Source of the DNA: an uncultured delta proteobacterium
Lineage (GTDB): Bacteria > Desulfobacterota > Zymogenia > Zymogenales > Zymogenaceae
Direction: 5' to 3'
Assembly: GCA_963792965.1 (NCBI GenBank)
Contig: CAWBYW010000007.1
Span: 64,001 to 128,000 of the forward strand
Length of the DNA stretch: 64,000 nucleotides
Made by a program: the position numbers and the translations under genes. Positions 60,129 to 64,000 of the stretch are shown here, piece after piece; within the stretch, counting starts at the first letter, position 1, and the number at the start of each line of letters is the position of its first letter. A model generated the notes under the pieces. That model had not been told where the DNA came from, ran no database searches, and saw nothing but the letters and a program-made list of their open reading frames with translations.

Positions 60129-61130
60129 GTGGATGTCGTAGAGGAAGGAATCGGCAGGCTTTTTACGGATCCTGATCCCGATAAGGCTCGGGAGTTTTTC
60201 AGGAAGAAATCGCGGGAGCTCGAGAACAAATTGACTACCGTCAAAGACGCGGTGGCCAAATATCTCCACGACGGCGACTATTTCGCGATCGGTGGGTTCG
60301 GCGCCAACCGGATCCCCACCGCGATCTGCCACGAGATCGTGAGACAGAAGAAGAAGAATCTGGCCTTCGCGGGGCACACCTCAACCCACGATTTTCAAAT
60401 CCTGGCCGCCGGAAAGACGTTCAACAAACTCGATATCGCCTACATCATCGGCCTGGAAGCTCGCGGGCTTTCACCCAATGCCCGCAAGTATATGGAGAGC
60501 GGTGAGGTCGAAGTAACCGAATGGACCAACTACGCGATGGCGGCCCGCCTCAAGGCCGCGGCGATGGGAATATCGTTTATCCCCATCAGGAACATGATGG
60601 GTACCGACACTTTCAAGTACAGCGCTTCCAAGAAGATCAAATGCCCCTATACCGGCGAGTACTATGTGCTGGCTCCGGCGCTCTATCCCGATTTTTCGGC
60701 GATCCACGTCCACGAGGCCGATGTCTATGGGAATTGCCGTATACGAGGGATCACGATCGCCGATCTCGAGCTTGCCCGGGCGTCAAAGCACCTGGTCATC
60801 ACCTGCGAGCGGATCATCAGTAACGAGCAGATCAGGAGCGACCCTTCCCTGACCCTCATCCCGTTCTATCTGGTCGACGCCGTCTGCGAGGTGCCGTACG
60901 GGAGCTATCCGGGAAATATGCCCTACGAATACTATTCCGACGAGGATCATCTCAGGGAATGGCTCACCGTCGAGAAGGACCCGGAGGCGTTCAAGAAATT
61001 CCTTGATAAGAACATCTATAACGTAAAAGAATTCTCCGAGTATATCGAGCTCAACGGCGGGCTCAAGAAGATGCAAGACCTGAGAGATAAGGAGTTCCTG
61101 GTCAACAATAACACGAACACGAAGAAGTAA
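60129..61130 (+). CDS. Family I CoA transferase subunit A (glutaconate CoA-transferase-like)
   Basis: AIGGF, RLKAAAMGISFIP, IHVHEADVYGN, PYGSYPG; GTG start with AGGAGG RBS. Confidence 0.88.
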   Translation: MDVVEEGIGRLFTDPDPDKAREFFRKKSRELENKLTTVKDAVAKYLHDGDYFAIGGFGANRIPTAICHEIVRQKKKNLAFAGHTSTHDFQILAAGKTFNKLDIAYIIGLEARGLSPNARKYMESGEVEVTEWTNYAMAARLKAAAMGISFIPIRNMMGTDTFKYSASKKIKCPYTGEYYVLAPALYPDFSAIHVHEADVYGNCRIRGITIADLELARASKHLVITCERIISNEQIRSDPSLTLIPFYLVDAVCEVPYGSYPGNMPYEYYSDEDHLREWLTVEKDPEAFKKFLDKNIYNVKEFSEYIELNGGLKKMQDLRDKEFLVNNNTNTKK

Positions 61131-61146
61131 TGGAGGAAGGTCACCC

Positions 61147-61917
61147 ATGGCTGACTATAACACGATGGAATTGATGATATGCACCGCCGCACGAGAGCTC
61201 GAAGACGGTGCCACCGTCGGCGTGGGCACCGGCGCCCCGTGCGCAACGGCGATGCTCGCCCAGAAGACGGGCGCCCCGAACCTCGTTATCTTTTTCGAGG
61301 CGGGAGGGGTTGCCCCCCTGATCCCCGTGATGCCCATCTCGGTGGGCGACTCGCGGACGACCTGGAAGGCCAATATGGCCGCCGGTATGTGCGAGGTTAT
61401 GGAGACCTGCTGTCGGGGTTTTGTGGATTACACGTTTCTCGGCGGCGCGCAGATCGACATGTACGGAAATCTCAACTCTACGCGCATCGGCGGCGATCAG
61501 CAAAAGCCCAAGGTGCGGCTTCCTGGCAGCGGCGGGGCCAACGATTTTGCCTCATTCTGCTGGAAGATGATGGTCATCACGCCGCAGGACGCGCGGCGGT
61601 TCGTTGAAAAGTGTGAGTTCGTTACGTCTCCCGGTTACCTCACCGGAGGAGATTCACGGGAAAAAGCGGGGCTGCCCAAGGGAACGGGCCCCTACAAGAT
61701 CATTACCAACATGGCCGTCATGGACTTCGATCCCGATTCGAAACGGATGAGGATCGCCTCCATAAACCCGGGCTACGCTGAAAAGGACGTTCGCGAGAAC
61801 TGCAGCTTTGAGCTCCTCAAAGCCCCGAAGATCGAGGAGACCCATCCGCCGACCCCCGACGAGCTGAGGCTGTTGAGGGATGAGATCGATCCATACAAAT
61901 ATATCATCGGAAGGTAA
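61147..61917 (+). CDS. Family I CoA transferase subunit B (glutaconate CoA-transferase-like)
   Basis: VGVGTG, FFEAG, FLGGAQIDMYGNLNST, LPGSGGAND. Confidence 0.9.
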   Translation: MADYNTMELMICTAARELEDGATVGVGTGAPCATAMLAQKTGAPNLVIFFEAGGVAPLIPVMPISVGDSRTTWKANMAAGMCEVMETCCRGFVDYTFLGGAQIDMYGNLNSTRIGGDQQKPKVRLPGSGGANDFASFCWKMMVITPQDARRFVEKCEFVTSPGYLTGGDSREKAGLPKGTGPYKIITNMAVMDFDPDSKRMRIASINPGYAEKDVRENCSFELLKAPKIEETHPPTPDELRLLRDEIDPYKYIIGR

Positions 61918-62030
61918 ACCCTGAGGTGAAGGTGGCCGGGTGAGCGTCGGCCGCGTTGCGCCGCGTGCTCCGAACGCAAGGGCATGCGTGTCATTCGGAC
62001 TCTGTCATTAATTTCAATAAGGAGGAATCG

Positions 62031-62894
62031 ATGAGCGATAAAGTCATCATCAGCGCTGCACTGACGGGAGCCGCCACGAGAAAGGAACAGAACCCGGCCG
62101 TTCCCTACACCCCCGAGGAGTTCGCGGAAGAAGCCTATAAAGTCTACAACTCCGGCGGATCGATCGTCCATGTGCACGTACGCGACCCGCAGAGCGGGGT
62201 CCCCACACACGAGATCGACAAGATCAAGACTACCATCGACGCCATCCGGGCCAAGGCACCCAAGATCGTCATCAATATGAGCTCGGCCATCGGCCCCTGG
62301 GTTACCAAGGAACAGCGGATCGCCCCGATTGCCGCCATCAAGCCGCCGATGGCAAGCCTCAACACCAACTCCATGAACTTCGGTCTTGCCAACTGGAAGA
62401 CCGGAGAAGTCCCCATGGAGATCGTGTTTGAAAACACGTTTGCGATGCTTATCGATTTCAACAAGCAGATGAAAGAAAACGGCGTCAAGCCGGAGCTCGA
62501 GGTCTATGACATGGGCGGGCTGTTCAACGTGCTGTTGGTCCGCAAGCAGAAGATTTTCGAAGAGCCGATGCACTTCCAGATGGTCTTCGGGGTTGCCGGC
62601 GGCGTCCCTTACGAGCCGTCGATGTTCTCAGAAATGCTTGCCCATCTGCCGGAGGGGGCGACCTACAGCGTCTGCGGCGTGGGGCCCAACCAGTTCCGCG
62701 CCAATATGACGTCGGTGGTCAACGGCGGACACATGAGGGTGGGGCTTGAGGACAACACGCGGATGCCCAACGGCGATCTCGCCAAGGGGAGCTGGGAGCA
62801 GGTCGAGTGGGCCGTCAAGGTCGCAAAGCTTGCCGGCCGCGAAGTGGCGGCGCCCGATGAGGCGCGCCAGATGCTGAAACTGAAAAATAAGTAG
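62031..62894 (+). CDS. Beta-keto acid cleavage enzyme (BKACE/Kce, DUF849 family)
   Basis: AALTGA, PYTPEE, HVHVRDP, KPELEVYD, RVGLEDN. Confidence 0.92.
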   Translation: MSDKVIISAALTGAATRKEQNPAVPYTPEEFAEEAYKVYNSGGSIVHVHVRDPQSGVPTHEIDKIKTTIDAIRAKAPKIVINMSSAIGPWVTKEQRIAPIAAIKPPMASLNTNSMNFGLANWKTGEVPMEIVFENTFAMLIDFNKQMKENGVKPELEVYDMGGLFNVLLVRKQKIFEEPMHFQMVFGVAGGVPYEPSMFSEMLAHLPEGATYSVCGVGPNQFRANMTSVVNGGHMRVGLEDNTRMPNGDLAKGSWEQVEWAVKVAKLAGREVAAPDEARQMLKLKNK

Positions 62895-62951
62895 CTCAGG
62901 TAGCATCAGGGAGGCCGGTCTCGGCCGGCTTCCCGGCTTTATGACTGCCTT

Positions 62952-62981
62952 GCCGCAGACAGGATCTGCGGCTTTTTTTTT
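62952..62981 (+). terminator. Intrinsic terminator of the CoA transferase-BKACE operon
   Basis: GCCGCAGA-CAGGA-TCTGCGGC followed by a T9 run. Confidence 0.85.
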
Positions 62982-63093
62982 GAGCGCTCCAAAGGAATAA
63001 GAGCGGGAAGATATGTGATGTCGAGGCGTCGGGACCCGCGGTCGATTTCTTGGGACCGGCGACGTCGGACGGGCGTAAGAAAGGATAAATTCA

Positions 63094-63122
63094 TTGACTC
63101 GAAGATGACGAGATACTATAAT
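63094..63122 (+). promoter_or_regulatory. Sigma70 promoter for the SPFH gene
   Basis: TTGACT-N17-TATAAT. Confidence 0.75.
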
Positions 63123-63152
63123 AGAAAAAATTAAGAAAATAGGAGGTTTCTC

Positions 63153-63917
63153 ATGGGTGGTGCAGCTGGTATCCTTATCCTGGTCGCAATATTCCTTGCG
63201 ATCGTGTTTTCCGCTATCAGGGTGCTTAACGAATACGACCGGGGCGTCATCTTCAGGCTCGGGAGGCTTATCGACGTAAAAGGCCCCGGCCTCATCTTCC
63301 TGATCCCCGTAATCGACAAGATGCTCCGGGTGTCGCTCAGGACCGTCACCATGGACGTTCCCCCCCAGGACGTGATTACGAGAGACAACGTCTCAGTCAA
63401 GGTGAGCGCGGTCGTCTACTTTCGGGTGATGGACCCGAACAAGGCCATCGTCGAGGTCGAAAACTACATGTATGCCACTTCACAGCTCGCCCAGACGTCG
63501 CTGAGGAGTATCCTCGGCCAGGAGGAGCTTGACTCCATGCTGGCGGAGCGGGAAAAAATCAATCTTCATATTCAGGAGATCCTCGACAAGAATACAGAAC
63601 CGTGGGGCGTCAAGGTGTCTCACGTGGAGATCAAGCAAATCGACCTTCCCCAGGATATGCAGCGTGCGATAGCCAGGCAGGCGGAGGCCGAGCGCACGAG
63701 ACGTGCCAAGGTCATCAACGCGGACGGCGAGTTCCAGGCGGCGGCAAAGCTCAACGAGGCGGCCGATGTCCTGGCCAAGAATCCGATCGGGCTTCAGCTT
63801 CGCTACCTTCAGACGCTGGCGGAGATCGCCACGGAAAACAGCTCCACCACCATATTCCCCGTGCCGATCGATATCTTCGAACCGTTCTACAAGGCCATAA
63901 AGGAAAAGAAGAGTTGA
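63153..63917 (+). CDS. SPFH/stomatin-like (slipin) protein
   Basis: [43 protein letters not shown]. Confidence 0.93.
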   Translation: MGGAAGILILVAIFLAIVFSAIRVLNEYDRGVIFRLGRLIDVKGPGLIFLIPVIDKMLRVSLRTVTMDVPPQDVITRDNVSVKVSAVVYFRVMDPNKAIVEVENYMYATSQLAQTSLRSILGQEELDSMLAEREKINLHIQEILDKNTEPWGVKVSHVEIKQIDLPQDMQRAIARQAEAERTRRAKVINADGEFQAAAKLNEAADVLAKNPIGLQLRYLQTLAEIATENSSTTIFPVPIDIFEPFYKAIKEKKS

Positions 63918-64000
63918 GCAGAGACAGCAGCGCGCTGGCAATTGCCGCACAATTGATGGCCCTATCTGTAACGACGGCCCCCAAGTCCCGCGGAGAGAAT

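Noticed and set aside
1-64000. CRISPR arrays, IS elements, integrases, prophage or defence systems, tRNA or rRNA
   Set aside because: No repeat-spacer periodicity, recombinase motifs, phage genes or structural RNA signatures were seen by eye.

Overview
GC-rich bacterial chromosomal segment. Gene content (leuS-lptE-holA/rpsT-murJ, MetF-MetV fusion, Fe-S and molybdenum proteins, GctAB-type CoA transferase) suggests a Gram-negative anaerobe, plausibly Desulfobacterota/deltaproteobacteria-like (inference only). About 50 CDSs are supported; no rRNA, tRNA, CRISPR array, transposase or integrase was recognised. Housekeeping genes (leuS, holA, rpsT, murJ, comEC, uvrC, uvrB, cysS) are interleaved with accessory blocks. 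A ~14 kb block between uvrC and uvrB holds a FecR protein, a CrtI-family oxidoreductase plus FNR/2Fe-2S reductase, a lone tatA, an NRAMP-related Mg2+ transporter with an MgtE-N/CBS partner, and an IorAB-XdhC-MocA-MoeA-like operon. Other blocks are tandem GPH/MFS transporters; a TauE-nucleotidyltransferase-NahK-like kinase-secreted pseudophosphatase-CaiB run; an orphan CbiQO pair divergent from a B12-binding radical SAM enzyme; and a gctAB-BKACE operon with an operator-like palindrome and a leader hairpin. Three genes (ogt, mocA-like, tetR-like) each appear to carry one extra base, which may be sequencing error. No single system can be shown to be novel from sequence alone. The best candidates are the pseudophosphatase-containing amino-sugar operon, the CrtI-family/ferredoxin-reductase pair, the gctAB-BKACE operon and the radical SAM/CbiQO locus.
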